A stretch of DNA of 64,000 bases from a virus. Taxonomy: Duplodnaviria > Heunggongvirae > Uroviricota > Caudoviricetes. Below the pieces are notes generated by a model. The model saw nothing but the letters and a program-made list of their open reading frames with translations. It was not told the DNA's origin and did no database searches. The position numbers and the translations under genes were made by a program. Numbering within the stretch: position 1 is the stretch's first letter; each line of letters starts with the position of its first letter. The stretch is taken from the IMG/VR virus record IMGVR_UViG_3300028298_000002; one strand, given 5' to 3'. Below, piece by piece: positions 35,682-45,823 of this stretch.

Positions 35682-36047
35682 TTACTTCAGCATTTCTGTT
35701 AATTGCTTAACTGATTTACCTTTCAAAGATTCGTCTTGCTTATCAGCGATAATAGCCAAAATCTTTTCGTTGTGTGCTTTGTTTTCTTGTTTAGTAGTAG
35801 CAGCTTCCGCTTCATCTACTTTAGTTTGCAACACATCAAGGACGATATCAAATCTTAATTTAGCTGTTTTATCTTTTACAGATTTACTAACTAAGAAAGA
35901 TTTTTTACCTGATTCTTTGTGTTCAGCTTCTAAGGCTACCGCCAAAGCATCTAATTCGGTTACGGACAAATCCCATAACTGTTCTACCGATAAAGATCCT
36001 TTGTTTGTAGCGAATCTTAATTTTTGTTTACTTGCTTCTTTGTACAT
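35682..36047 (-). CDS. hypothetical protein (121 aa)
   Basis: ORF. Confidence 0.5.
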   Translation of the reverse strand: MYKEASKQKLRFATNKGSLSVEQLWDLSVTELDALAVALEAEHKESGKKSFLVSKSVKDKTAKLRFDIVLDVLQTKVDEAEAATTKQENKAHNEKILAIIADKQDESLKGKSVKQLTEMLK

Positions 36048-36077
36048 TTTTTTCTAGTTTTTAATTATTGATTTATT

Positions 36078-38219
36078 TTAAAATTTGATTTTCACAATGC
36101 GTTTGAAAGTTCCGGATAGCTTGACAATTAATTCATCACGAACCGTAGCGTTGAAGCCAAGTCCAGACAATTGCTTATCTGTGGAAGCGATGTTGTTTGT
36201 AGTCCCCAAAACTTCCATCACCTTGCGATGATCAAGCAATTCAGAAATTAAATTTTCATTGTGGAAAGTTCTGATGCTTACTGGGGACTTGCATTTATCC
36301 AACATAAAGAAATAGTACTTGTTTCCTACTTTGTTTCCATTCCAATGGTTAGGCGATAAACACACCAAGTTCACTTTATGAAACTGATTTGTTTCAAGTC
36401 CGTAGATCTCTTTCGATGAAGCTGATTCAGGTAATAAATGCTTAATGGTAAATTCACCATTCTTCAATGTTACTTCAGCAACTTCAACTATTCCAGAAAC
36501 TCGTTTGTTGTATTCGTAAGAATAAACTTCACCACCGAATTCGATTTCTGCTTTAAACCCTTTTGAATTTCTATCGCTGAATTGATGCACCCACAATTTG
36601 TAAACACCATCTTTCATTTTAGATTGGTTATCCCAAGTAATGTTTTCAACTGCTAATCTTCCACTAGGCTGTGTATTATCAACGTCAAGCTGTCCAGACA
36701 TACTTGTTCTTACATTTCCACCTCTGTCTTTTCTGAATGGAGTAGAATAGCCAATTTCTGTTCTACTTGGTTCTGAAGCCCAAGCATCCAAATCCGAATT
36801 ATCATCCATTTTTTCATCGTTCCAGGCCAATCTGAAATTCAATACACCTTCCACATTTCCACCAGCATCTTTTACCGCTTGTTTAATTTCGGACTTACCG
36901 GCAAGGTTTCCGTTGAACGTCCAGCTGTAATTGTTTGTCCACTTGAAAATTGGTTTGCTATCAGGATTGTTTGCTGTTGTCAAACTAACCAAGTTTCCAT
37001 CTTGTGAATTTTTAAGATAAGCTTCGATTGCAGTACAACCTGGCAGGATATCAGTCATAAATTTTTCAATGCTAACTTCTTCGATACCATCAAATTCGCT
37101 TCTTTTGTGGCGTGTAGATGTTGCTTTTACCCCATCGAAAATTGAAACATCTTTAATTTCGCCTTTACCAACATTGCTGTGCAAGATTTCAGATACCTTG
37201 ATATCGTCAATCGTAGCAAAACGTCTGTCGAACGATTCAGCATAACCATTGCTTTCAACAAATTCTTTTGCTTCTGCAATCTGTTTCTTCGTGATAGGAG
37301 CTGTCGCTTTCATATAATTTGCTGGATCAACTCTTTTGTTCCAGGCTTGACATGCTTTATTTAATTCTTCGCCTTCTGACAATTCAGAACACAACACACC
37401 AATCAATTCATTTTTGAATTTTGCGAATGGCAAGTTGTAGCTGTTTACCCAGCACCAGCTGTCTCTTTGGTCTGCTGATAATTTATCGTATTCAGTTTTT
37501 AATGGAATTATTTGTTCGATTTTAAACAAGTGTGCATCACCATTTAGCAAAGAACCTTGAATAATAAGGTCTTTAACCAACTTTAAAGTGTCCAATGAGA
37601 TTTCTTCCATCGCACGTTGGAACACGTTTTTAGCATCTCTGTAAGTAGCCATAATGGATTCCACAGAATTTCCAGAAGCATCCACAAATTCTTTTGGCAA
37701 GAATAAGTGCATATGGTTAAACTCCCTGATTTCTTCTGGCTTTACAACACCAAATTTATCAGCTTCTTCTTTTGTGTATCTCTTATGATTAACAGATGTC
37801 CCCAATTGGAAAACAGAATTTGACTTGCTGCAAGATTCGTATGGCAGTTTATTTAATTCATTGAATGTTTCGAAAAATACTTCCGCCACTTTTGATGAAC
37901 GAATTGCTTCAGCTAGGGCTTTTGCAGTTTTTTGATATTCCAAATCACACACAACATCAAAAATGCTTACAATGTTGTTATCAGCATCTATCGTTACTAC
38001 GTTACCATATCTGCGAATGAAGTTTTTGCAGTGGTTACAATTGTGTGTTGAACTTTCCGGATCCCTGAAGATCGGGTTATTCGTTTTTGTGAACGATTTT
38101 AAGTATAGTCCCCAGATTTCATCACCAGTTAAACTAACTCTGAATAATTTACCAGTCTTGCACATCTCGTCAAGTTGTGCCTGGATTCTTTTGTTGAATT
38201 GTTTCATTTTTGTTTTCAA
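36078..38219 (-). CDS. large hypothetical protein (713 aa)
   Basis: Long ORF with no motif I can name. N-terminal Cys/His cluster (HNCNHCKNF). Confidence 0.6.
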   Translation of the reverse strand: MKTKMKQFNKRIQAQLDEMCKTGKLFRVSLTGDEIWGLYLKSFTKTNNPIFRDPESSTHNCNHCKNFIRRYGNVVTIDADNNIVSIFDVVCDLEYQKTAKALAEAIRSSKVAEVFFETFNELNKLPYESCSKSNSVFQLGTSVNHKRYTKEEADKFGVVKPEEIREFNHMHLFLPKEFVDASGNSVESIMATYRDAKNVFQRAMEEISLDTLKLVKDLIIQGSLLNGDAHLFKIEQIIPLKTEYDKLSADQRDSWCWVNSYNLPFAKFKNELIGVLCSELSEGEELNKACQAWNKRVDPANYMKATAPITKKQIAEAKEFVESNGYAESFDRRFATIDDIKVSEILHSNVGKGEIKDVSIFDGVKATSTRHKRSEFDGIEEVSIEKFMTDILPGCTAIEAYLKNSQDGNLVSLTTANNPDSKPIFKWTNNYSWTFNGNLAGKSEIKQAVKDAGGNVEGVLNFRLAWNDEKMDDNSDLDAWASEPSRTEIGYSTPFRKDRGGNVRTSMSGQLDVDNTQPSGRLAVENITWDNQSKMKDGVYKLWVHQFSDRNSKGFKAEIEFGGEVYSYEYNKRVSGIVEVAEVTLKNGEFTIKHLLPESASSKEIYGLETNQFHKVNLVCLSPNHWNGNKVGNKYYFFMLDKCKSPVSIRTFHNENLISELLDHRKVMEVLGTTNNIASTDKQLSGLGFNATVRDELIVKLSGTFKRIVKIKF

Positions 38220-38258
38220 TTAATTCCGACACTACTTTATTCGTAATCGGATGGTTAG

Positions 38259-38335
38259 TTTGCGATGAAGGTTTCGAACCCCCGACCTTCTTCTTGTATT
38301 GGATGAAGACGCTCTACCAGCTGAGCTAATCGCAA
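38259..38335 (-). tRNA. tRNA-like element with 11-nt anticodon loop (possible unusual tRNA or pseudo-tRNA)
   Basis: Minus strand reads TTGCGAT-TA-GCTC-AGCTGGTA-GAGC-G-TCTTC-ATCCAATACAA-GAAGA-AGGTC-GGGGG-TTCGAAA-CCTTC-ATCGCAA-A. Perfect 7-bp acceptor stem, canonical D-arm and T-arm (TTCGAAA loop). The anticodon stem is 5 bp, but its loop is 11 nt, not 7. Confidence 0.45.
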
Positions 38336-38485
38336 GTGTTATTTAAAATAGTGTTAATTCTTATGGCATTTCAATTGTTGCAATCGTTCCATTTTCAGAT
38401 GTAATTACTTGCTTAGAATTGTTTGGTGTTCTTACAATCCATTTACCTTTTGTGTGTTTCATAATTATGTTTCTTTAATTGACTT

Positions 38486-39022
38486 TTACTTTATAATGTT
38501 TAATCGGGCGAATTCCCCGTGATATTTTTTAGCGTTTTTATTGTAAGCTTCTGCTGCTTTATCTTCATTCGAAAATATTCCTAAATATTTTTGTTTTTTA
38601 TTAACCACTATCTTCGCAGCCCACCACTGATAAAAATATGTTTTTGGTGTACCATCTGAAAGTATTCTATCAATCTTTGCTGTATGAATATAAACTCCTA
38701 AATATTTTGATATACCACAACAATTAACTTTATTTTTTGTGTTTTCTGATGGCGTTGCTTTTCTAATGTTGTTTCTTTGGTTGTTTAATCCATTACCATC
38801 CTTATGGTCGCCAAATTCTGTTTCCGTCAATTCTAATATTTGTCTGTGCATTAAATATTTTACCCCCTTTTCCGTCCTACGTGCATAGTTTGTATATTTA
38901 TCTTTTATCACTTGCCACCTATATTTATTTAGTGATTCGTAATCTTCGTCATCAACTAATGCAACATATTTGCCTTTGTTTTCCCCTGTTTTGATAAATC
39001 TATCTGTCTCATTTGTTGGCAA
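38486..39022 (-). CDS. HNH homing endonuclease with AP2 DNA-binding domain
   Basis: ALVDDEDYESLNKYRWQV...DHKDGNGLNNQRNNIRKATPSEN (HNH_3), then YQWWAAKIVVNKKQKYLGIFSNEDKAAEAYNKNAKKYHGEFARLN (AP2). Confidence 0.8.
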   Translation of the reverse strand: MPTNETDRFIKTGENKGKYVALVDDEDYESLNKYRWQVIKDKYTNYARRTEKGVKYLMHRQILELTETEFGDHKDGNGLNNQRNNIRKATPSENTKNKVNCCGISKYLGVYIHTAKIDRILSDGTPKTYFYQWWAAKIVVNKKQKYLGIFSNEDKAAEAYNKNAKKYHGEFARLNIIK

Positions 39023-39315
39023 AGTAAAACAATATATTTATAACTTCCAAATAAAAAGCAATAAATATTATAATCTCAATTAGCGTATTTACACAAAATA
39101 GCCTAAATCGTTGATTCTATTGAGTTTTCAAAACTTTCAAAAAGCGATAATATATATTATAAAGACAATTATAGAATATATAACTTATTTTATTTACGAT
39201 TATATTTGGAAATGTCAAAACAATATATTATTATTGCGGTCTATAATTGTTCAAAGGGTTGGTGTCGTGTATTTACGGGTGCAGATGCCAACCTGAACAA
39301 CTAAACTAACCACCT
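39023..39315. promoter_or_regulatory. strand-switch intergenic region (divergent promoter region; possible origin)
   Basis: About 290 bp, very AT-rich, no ORF. Separates the minus-strand block from the plus-strand block. Confidence 0.4.
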
Positions 39316-39615
39316 ATGGAATTAATAAAACCAAAAACAACAAAAGGGAAATGGGTTCTTGAAATGAGCGACCTTACTATTCGTGTGAAGGAATGGGAGA
39401 AAAATAATTTGATGGGAGATTACAAGGGCAGCATTATTGCCGACTTGAAACCATCATTAGGAATTACCGATCAAGATGTTGAGAACGGTTGCCTAAAAGA
39501 AGAAAACTATTATTCATATCTAAAAGGTACGGGAGGGAGGCAACATGCTTGGGAAGAAGTAATTGCCAATGCGAATAGTATTTGTGATGTAATGAATAAC
39601 GTGCGTAACCAATGA
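39316..39615 (+). CDS. hypothetical protein (99 aa)
   Basis: First ORF of the plus-strand block. Confidence 0.5.
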   Translation: MELIKPKTTKGKWVLEMSDLTIRVKEWEKNNLMGDYKGSIIADLKPSLGITDQDVENGCLKEENYYSYLKGTGGRQHAWEEVIANANSICDVMNNVRNQ

Positions 39616-39742
39616 AACCAGAGGACCTAAAAAAAGCATTAGAAGAAGCGGCAGATTGGGAACGCATCTTGACCGAAGAAGAAAGCACCAAGATTTCTTA
39701 CGCGGAAGCAAAGAAGAAAGTGCTGAAAAGAATTTTTGATAA

Positions 39743-39940
39743 ATGGAAAATAAAACTGAAATAATGAACAAACAACAACAACTAGATATTCTAATTTCTT
39801 CACAGGAAAATATGAATAGTTCTAAAGCTCTTTCGATTAGAGGCGAGGGATATTTAGAAGGCTTAAAACAAGCTAGAAAAATTATTTTCGGGGAAGATAG
39901 TAAACAACCCAAAGGTCCAAAAACAAATTTTCGCAGATGA
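39743..39940 (+). CDS. hypothetical protein (65 aa)
   Basis: ORF. Confidence 0.4.
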   Translation: MENKTEIMNKQQQLDILISSQENMNSSKALSIRGEGYLEGLKQARKIIFGEDSKQPKGPKTNFRR

Positions 39941-41406
39941 ACGATCTCCTACAACTGATGCACGATACTATGGGTAAAACGGCAAACATTAAAGGTTCTG
40001 TAACACTTTTGAAGAAAGATGGAATTAGCCAGGCTGATGCTGATAAGTTGTTAGATATTATTGAGGGCCAGGCAAAGAAGCTGGATGAAGTGATTGATGT
40101 GTACTATAAAGCAAACAAAGCTTCAAGTGATAAGATGGATTGGGATGAGGTGTTTAGTAAATTTCCGCAAAAGGTTGGCGACATTTATTATGATATTGAC
40201 ACTTTTAAGAAGTTCCTCAAATCCCACTACGTTCTGCCGAAAGAGAGCAAGGAGGGAAGTGATTATAAAATGAATAATGGGTTAATTGGAACAGAAATGT
40301 CTGTATCAAATAACTCTTGTAATGAATGTGGGAAAAAATTAGAATCAGGAACTTTAACTAAACTAAACACTATGAAGACAAAGAAAGTAACATTGGATGA
40401 AATACAGGCACTAATTGACACACTAACTCAAAATCCCGATAGAAAAGTTGAGGTTATAAGACTTTGGATTAAAACATATCTTTCACAACCCACCCCCACC
40501 TCAGAAACGCTAGTGAAAACTAGAATTGAAGATGTGGAGTTGAGTAAGTTGGATATTAATGGAATATACTTAACTAATAAAGGTGATTTTCAGATTCAAA
40601 CAATTAAAGCGGGTTATCCCGAAATCACCCACATCTACTTACCCTCCGCTCCCCAATTAATAGACGAGAAGGAGGTGGATGAAATTAGAACACCATTAAA
40701 TGCACCTACTTGGTTTATGTCTAAACCTCCAATAGTTATTGATGTTCAAACTGCTAACTCCACCATAAATATTCAAAAAGAGGTAGCGAGTATTTTGCAC
40801 CAATTTGGAAACACAGAACTTGGACAATATAAAATACAGCTATTATTTGAAAAAATGTTGCCGTCAGAAGATATTACTCCCCAAGTAACATTAGGTAAAG
40901 AAGAAGTAACGGACGAACAAATAAAAAGACTATTAGCTAATTTTCTTGTAGGGAATGATGTTTACAGAAGTGAACATTGTATAAAGGATTTCCGCAAATT
41001 ATTTAATTCATCTGCATTAGGTAAAGAAGAAGGGAAAGTTCCTAAAGAAATAATAATTGGAATGAATGGTGCGTGGAGCATATTAGATGTGTTGGAAAAA
41101 TTAATAAGTGCATCAAACTATCTATTACACGAAAAAGACTATGATAGACATGACCACGAAGAAATTAGAATTTGTGTCAAAAGAGCCATAGAAATAATAG
41201 AAGAAATTAAATTAAAGTACACTCCATCATCAGAAGGGAAGAAAGAGAGCGATGCGGTGGAGTTTGCGGAATGGATATTTAAAGAAGGTTGGGTTTATGG
41301 ACAAAACAACACTTCATTTGGTTGGGCTAAAAAAGAAGATAACCCTAAAATTGGACGACTATTAACAACGTCAATTTACTCACTCTTTAAAAAATCTCTA
41401 TCCTAA
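39937..41406 (+). CDS. hypothetical protein (489 aa)
   Basis: Long ORF. 4-nt overlap with the upstream gene. Confidence 0.6.
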   Translation: MNDLLQLMHDTMGKTANIKGSVTLLKKDGISQADADKLLDIIEGQAKKLDEVIDVYYKANKASSDKMDWDEVFSKFPQKVGDIYYDIDTFKKFLKSHYVLPKESKEGSDYKMNNGLIGTEMSVSNNSCNECGKKLESGTLTKLNTMKTKKVTLDEIQALIDTLTQNPDRKVEVIRLWIKTYLSQPTPTSETLVKTRIEDVELSKLDINGIYLTNKGDFQIQTIKAGYPEITHIYLPSAPQLIDEKEVDEIRTPLNAPTWFMSKPPIVIDVQTANSTINIQKEVASILHQFGNTELGQYKIQLLFEKMLPSEDITPQVTLGKEEVTDEQIKRLLANFLVGNDVYRSEHCIKDFRKLFNSSALGKEEGKVPKEIIIGMNGAWSILDVLEKLISASNYLLHEKDYDRHDHEEIRICVKRAIEIIEEIKLKYTPSSEGKKESDAVEFAEWIFKEGWVYGQNNTSFGWAKKEDNPKIGRLLTTSIYSLFKKSLS

Positions 41407-41572
41407 CACTCGGCTAAACGAAAACAAATAAAATGATAATCTTCCGAATCCCTTTATTCATCATAACCATATTCGTATTGACAATGATGGATTTGGTTTT
41501 CATAAGAATACTATCGCTGAATTTTAAGCAAGAATTCCTGATCACAAAAAAGGACTGGAATGAAATGGTAGA

Positions 41573-42040
41573 TTGGACTTTAAAAAAATAGCTATGAAAA
41601 CAATTAAAACAATAAATGGAATAGAACAATTACTGGACAAATGTTTCGAAGAGGGCATTACCAATAATAATGAAATTGCCGAAATTTTGTATAACCAATT
41701 AGTAGTAGTTCCTAAAGAAAAAATACTTTGTGCCGCTAACTATTACAATGATTGTCAGACGTATAAAAATCAACCTATAAATATTTCGAAAGGCTTTGTT
41801 ATTTGTGGGTACAGACATAATCACGTCAATTCAATAATTGAAAAAATATATGAAGAATTAACAAATCCTAAAAAAAATTTTCTAATGGATGTTGAAGTTA
41901 AAGGCTTCTTAACAAACACTAACCGGTTCGTCAATCGCAAAGAAGCATACAAAATAGCCTTTGAAGCTGACCAGATTATTGGCCCGAACAAAGGATGCCC
42001 AGAAAATGAAATCGGATTAACAAGTGAGGATTTATACTAA
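41573..42040 (+). CDS. hypothetical protein (155 aa)
   Basis: ORF. Confidence 0.5.
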   Translation: MDFKKIAMKTIKTINGIEQLLDKCFEEGITNNNEIAEILYNQLVVVPKEKILCAANYYNDCQTYKNQPINISKGFVICGYRHNHVNSIIEKIYEELTNPKKNFLMDVEVKGFLTNTNRFVNRKEAYKIAFEADQIIGPNKGCPENEIGLTSEDLY

Positions 42041-42046
42041 AAAAAA

Positions 42047-42259
42047 ATGACGATAGCAGAAATTAAAACTAAGATGTTAGCCCATAGAGATTTTTATGGA
42101 GGCGATATTATGCAGACTGATGAAATCAACAAAGCTAAAACAAAAAAGGATTTAGCTAAAGTTCTTGATAGTTATGAATCGCACTTAGAAATGATCGCAC
42201 TAGATGCCATTTCTCATCATTCAAGGTTTAGGAAAAGTCTAGGATTGCATATGGTTTAG
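42047..42259 (+). CDS. hypothetical protein (70 aa)
   Basis: ORF. Confidence 0.4.
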   Translation: MTIAEIKTKMLAHRDFYGGDIMQTDEINKAKTKKDLAKVLDSYESHLEMIALDAISHHSRFRKSLGLHMV

Positions 42260-42261
42260 AA

Positions 42262-42564
42262 ATGGTAAAACTAATTCAAGCACTAGAAAAAAGAAGCGGA
42301 TTGTCGATTTGGATTTTTGACAAAGCGGAAGATATGCCTAAGTATGCACAAGGCTTTCCAACAATGGAACGCGAAGGAATAACCGAATATCATTCTCCTT
42401 CAGCTAAAGATTTTTGGGACTGGCTTTGGGAAGACGACAAGGGGGAAAAAATGTCTGAAAATATCACAAATGGCAAACAATTATTAACGATAAAAGAAAA
42501 ACAAAATGAAACTATTAACATTATTATTTTTATCTGTGATCCTTGCAAGTTGCACAATGCCTAA
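42262..42564 (+). CDS. hypothetical protein (100 aa)
   Basis: ORF. Confidence 0.45.
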   Translation: MVKLIQALEKRSGLSIWIFDKAEDMPKYAQGFPTMEREGITEYHSPSAKDFWDWLWEDDKGEKMSENITNGKQLLTIKEKQNETINIIIFICDPCKLHNA

Positions 42565-42675
42565 TGATGTGCAAAAAGAACAAATCATACAAGATGCGAA
42601 TGTTGCAATGGCAAAAGAAAAAACAAGTCAGTTACAAATCCAATGGAAAATTGATTCCTTAAAAACGACACAAAA

Positions 42676-42900
42676 ATGAACAAAGCAGAAGCAATCGAAA
42701 AAATGAAAGCTGGTGTTAAGATGACACACAGACACTTTTCACCAGAAGAATGGGTAACAATGCAAGATGGTAAAATTGTATTAGAAGATGGCGTTAAATG
42801 TTCTCCATTAGAATTTTGGCGCTGGAGAACTGATTCTTCTTATGATAACGACTGGGATCTTTTTGAAGAACCAGAATATGATAGACTTAACCAAATTTAA
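42676..42900 (+). CDS. hypothetical protein (74 aa)
   Basis: ORF. Confidence 0.45.
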   Translation: MNKAEAIEKMKAGVKMTHRHFSPEEWVTMQDGKIVLEDGVKCSPLEFWRWRTDSSYDNDWDLFEEPEYDRLNQI

Positions 42901-43028
42901 AAATAAACTAAAAAAAATGAAAATAAAAACACTACTTGAAAAGTTAATCTTTTTGTCCAGATGGCTACTAATCCCTGCGGTGATGGTGGCGGTGGAGAAT
43001 AAAATTACTAACTAATAAACTAAAAAAC

Positions 43029-43511
43029 ATGCAATTAAAATACGAATTTTTATTAAAAAATGAAGCAATACAATTTGATAAGTTACCATTGGATATAGTA
43101 ACTAGAATCAATAATATGAACTTTGATATTAAGAATCTACGCAAAGAGTATAAACATGCCCCAACCATCCTGAAAAGAGAATTACGCGTAAAAAACAAGA
43201 TTGACCTTGGCATTTGCGATGCTATTATGGATTGGCTTGATTCAGAAGGGGCTAAAAATAATAAAAATAAAAAAGAAGCAGTTAACCACCCATCCCATTA
43301 TGGCGGAGCTGAAAACCCATACGAAGCCATCAAAGTGATTGAAGCTTGGGATCTTGGCTTCAACTTAGGTAATACAGTAAAATACATCTCTCGCTGTGGT
43401 AAAAAAGATGCCGTGCTTCAGGAGCTTAAAAAAGCTGCTTGGTACTTGCAAAGGGAAATCGCCAACCTAGAAAAAGCGGATGATGAATTAGCTAATTTAA
43501 AAAAAGTATAA
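43029..43511 (+). CDS. DUF3310-like phage protein
   Basis: C-terminal NHPSHYGG...YEAIKVIEAW...GNTVKYISRCGKKD...LKKAAWYL, as I remember the DUF3310 pattern. Confidence 0.45.
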   Translation: MQLKYEFLLKNEAIQFDKLPLDIVTRINNMNFDIKNLRKEYKHAPTILKRELRVKNKIDLGICDAIMDWLDSEGAKNNKNKKEAVNHPSHYGGAENPYEAIKVIEAWDLGFNLGNTVKYISRCGKKDAVLQELKKAAWYLQREIANLEKADDELANLKKV

Positions 43512-43512
43512 A

Positions 43513-43764
43513 ATGAAAAAGAAAATTATAACAATTAAATACACAAGTATTCACGGAGAGCAAATGATTCTTGTGATGGATAACCAATATAATCTTTGGT
43601 TTAAACACGAAGATTGCAACGATAAATTTGAAGTAATTACAAAGAAATCACTTCAATACATATTGTCAAGTGATGAACAAGTTGTATTTAATTCCTTTTT
43701 GGCTCTTGTAAATGCCACAAAAAAGAGGCATAAAGAATGGAACGATTCAGGGCTTATTAAATAA
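43513..43764 (+). CDS. hypothetical protein (83 aa)
   Basis: ORF. Confidence 0.45.
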   Translation: MKKKIITIKYTSIHGEQMILVMDNQYNLWFKHEDCNDKFEVITKKSLQYILSSDEQVVFNSFLALVNATKKRHKEWNDSGLIK

Positions 43765-43766
43765 TA

Positions 43767-44003
43767 ATGACCAACATCCACATCGACAATCAAATCATTG
43801 AAATCAATGGCGATTCAACACGAATTACCGTTGTGAATGACGTTCGCAATTTCGTTCACAAGCTGAATTTCAATTTTGCTGATTATCCGAAGCATAAAGA
43901 TTTTTTCAAAGAAAAGGATTTTGCCCAATACTGGTGGTTAAGCACACTTTACAACAGCTTTCTGGAAGCAACAATGCCTGGAACACAACTAAAATTATTC
44001 TAA
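43767..44003 (+). CDS. hypothetical protein (78 aa)
   Basis: ORF. Confidence 0.4.
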   Translation: MTNIHIDNQIIEINGDSTRITVVNDVRNFVHKLNFNFADYPKHKDFFKEKDFAQYWWLSTLYNSFLEATMPGTQLKLF

Positions 44004-44947
44004 TGAAAAAAGATTTACAAATTGAATGTAGTGCAACGGAAACGGAGATTATATTTTTTTTTATGGCTTTAGCTAGAGAAAAAAATGACACTTTGGATAT
44101 GTACTATATGGAAGAAAGTGAGGTTCTAGAATTTGTTAAAAATACCTTTTCAGTTTTCAGGAAGAATCCAACAAAAAAATATTTTCCAATAAACTTGAGA
44201 ACATCACAAAAGGGGAGATTAAGATTTTTTATGACTGAATTTTGTAATCTGTATGGATCGAAAACTTCTAATGAAATAAAAAAATATGCATTAGTATTAA
44301 AACACAGCTTTGAAATATTCAAAGATGATAATATATTAAGTTTAATCAATACTATGCAAATAAAAAAGGGTCCTATTGAAAAAAATAGAATCAAACACGA
44401 CATTAACCAATTCAAATTCAAAATGGCACGACCGACAAAAGCAGAACAAGAAAAAAGAAGAATTGCTGGACTACTAGCTGAAGGTAAAGGACCGGATGGC
44501 GAATTACTGTCGCCTCTTTTGCTAAATCCGAAAGGCGTTTGCAAATATTGTTCTAGTACGTTCGAAATCACGCATGGTAGTCAAAAGTTTTGTCCAGAAA
44601 GAAATGGGAAGAAGAATTTTTGTTCAAACAAGTACAGCAATGCTAAGAAGAAAAAAGACCATTCAAAAAAGAAGAAAAAAGTAATTAATCCACACGAAGT
44701 TGAAGAAGTATTGAACGATGCTAAAAATAAATACAGCATAGAAGAGCTTGAAAAGGAAATTGAAAAATACCAAAAGGAAATTGAAGACCATCCCAACTAC
44801 ATTAATCCAGCAGTGCGCGATAAATTCAGAGAACCATTCCAAATCCCTGAACCAGAACCCATCGTTCGCACAGCATCAGACAACAAAATTGCCATAGCAA
44901 TAGCGGTAATATCGTTTTTAATGAGTTTATACAATTTTATATGGTAA
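43934..44947 (+). CDS. hypothetical protein, possibly two genes. Internal ATG at 44422 begins the MARPTKAEQEKRRIAGLLAEGKGPDGE motif shared with the N-terminus of 2245..3432.
   Basis: Single 337-aa frame. The downstream half starts with the paralog-family N-motif and has a K-rich segment plus a CxxC...C cluster. Confidence 0.45.
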   Translation: MVKHTLQQLSGSNNAWNTTKIILMKKDLQIECSATETEIIFFFMALAREKNDTLDMYYMEESEVLEFVKNTFSVFRKNPTKKYFPINLRTSQKGRLRFFMTEFCNLYGSKTSNEIKKYALVLKHSFEIFKDDNILSLINTMQIKKGPIEKNRIKHDINQFKFKMARPTKAEQEKRRIAGLLAEGKGPDGELLSPLLLNPKGVCKYCSSTFEITHGSQKFCPERNGKKNFCSNKYSNAKKKKDHSKKKKKVINPHEVEEVLNDAKNKYSIEELEKEIEKYQKEIEDHPNYINPAVRDKFREPFQIPEPEPIVRTASDNKIAIAIAVISFLMSLYNFIW

Positions 44948-45465
44948 TCGACCACAACTTCCAAACGCCTCGTCCAGTAGCTGAATATATGGCTTCTATG
45001 ATTCCATTAAGTGCGCACACTGTTTTAGAACCAACAAAGGGGCTAGGAAATATAGTTGATGCCATTAAGCGTAAGCGATTATTTGGCTTTGAAATAACAG
45101 CTCCAGATGATTTCTTTCTCTTGGATCCAAAGCTAACTTTTGATGCAGTAGTAATGAATCCGCCATTTTCTTCTAAGTCTGCTTTTTTAGAAAACGCCCC
45201 GACTGACATTGACATCAAGGGAATGAAGCTTGGCTACCACATTCTTTTCGAATGTATGAAAAAAACTGATTGTGTTATTGCATTAGTACCCTGGCTAACC
45301 ATCGCTGATTCCGATGTTCGACTAAGAGCCTTGAAATCATATGGCTTAAAATCACTTACACCGCTTCCTAGAAAGACGTTCGAATATGCACGAATACAAA
45401 CGTGCGTCATTGAATTAGAACGTGGGTATGCTGGAAAAACGCTATTTAAAACCGATTTGATATGA
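44941..45465 (+). CDS. small amino-methyltransferase (N6-adenine/N4-cytosine DNA MTase-like, NPPF class)
   Basis: VLEPTKGLGNIV (motif I-like) and VVMNPPFS (motif IV NPPF). Confidence 0.55.
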   Translation: MVIDHNFQTPRPVAEYMASMIPLSAHTVLEPTKGLGNIVDAIKRKRLFGFEITAPDDFFLLDPKLTFDAVVMNPPFSSKSAFLENAPTDIDIKGMKLGYHILFECMKKTDCVIALVPWLTIADSDVRLRALKSYGLKSLTPLPRKTFEYARIQTCVIELERGYAGKTLFKTDLI

Positions 45466-45800
45466 GTGCGTACAAAAGGTTCTTAGAAAAGTTCCACGAA
45501 GGATTAAAAAAAAAGGAAACGGAGCACAAAAAACGCGAAGACGATATTGAAAGAAACAACGATAAATATAGCTTATACATTGTGAAAGCGGGGTATTATG
45601 AAGATTTAAAATGGTTTGGAAATTACTTAACGAATCATCCGGTTAAACCTGAAAACCCAATTGAATATCAGTTGCCTTTCGATCATTATAGTCTTTTTGA
45701 AAGTATTATGAATGAATTTGCAAAGGATGAAATAAATGAAGTAGAACTTACTAAACTATTCGGCATAATAAAAGAAAATCGCAAAAAATTAGAAAATTAA
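45462..45800 (+). CDS. hypothetical protein (112 aa)
   Basis: ORF. Confidence 0.5.
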   Translation: MSAYKRFLEKFHEGLKKKETEHKKREDDIERNNDKYSLYIVKAGYYEDLKWFGNYLTNHPVKPENPIEYQLPFDHYSLFESIMNEFAKDEINEVELTKLFGIIKENRKKLEN

Positions 45801-45823
45801 TATCAATCCTAACTAAAAACCAA

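Noticed and set aside
38259-38335. tRNA-like element as attP for the integrase
   Set aside because: The integrase is 18 kb away and no repeat of the tRNA 3' end is seen elsewhere in the window.
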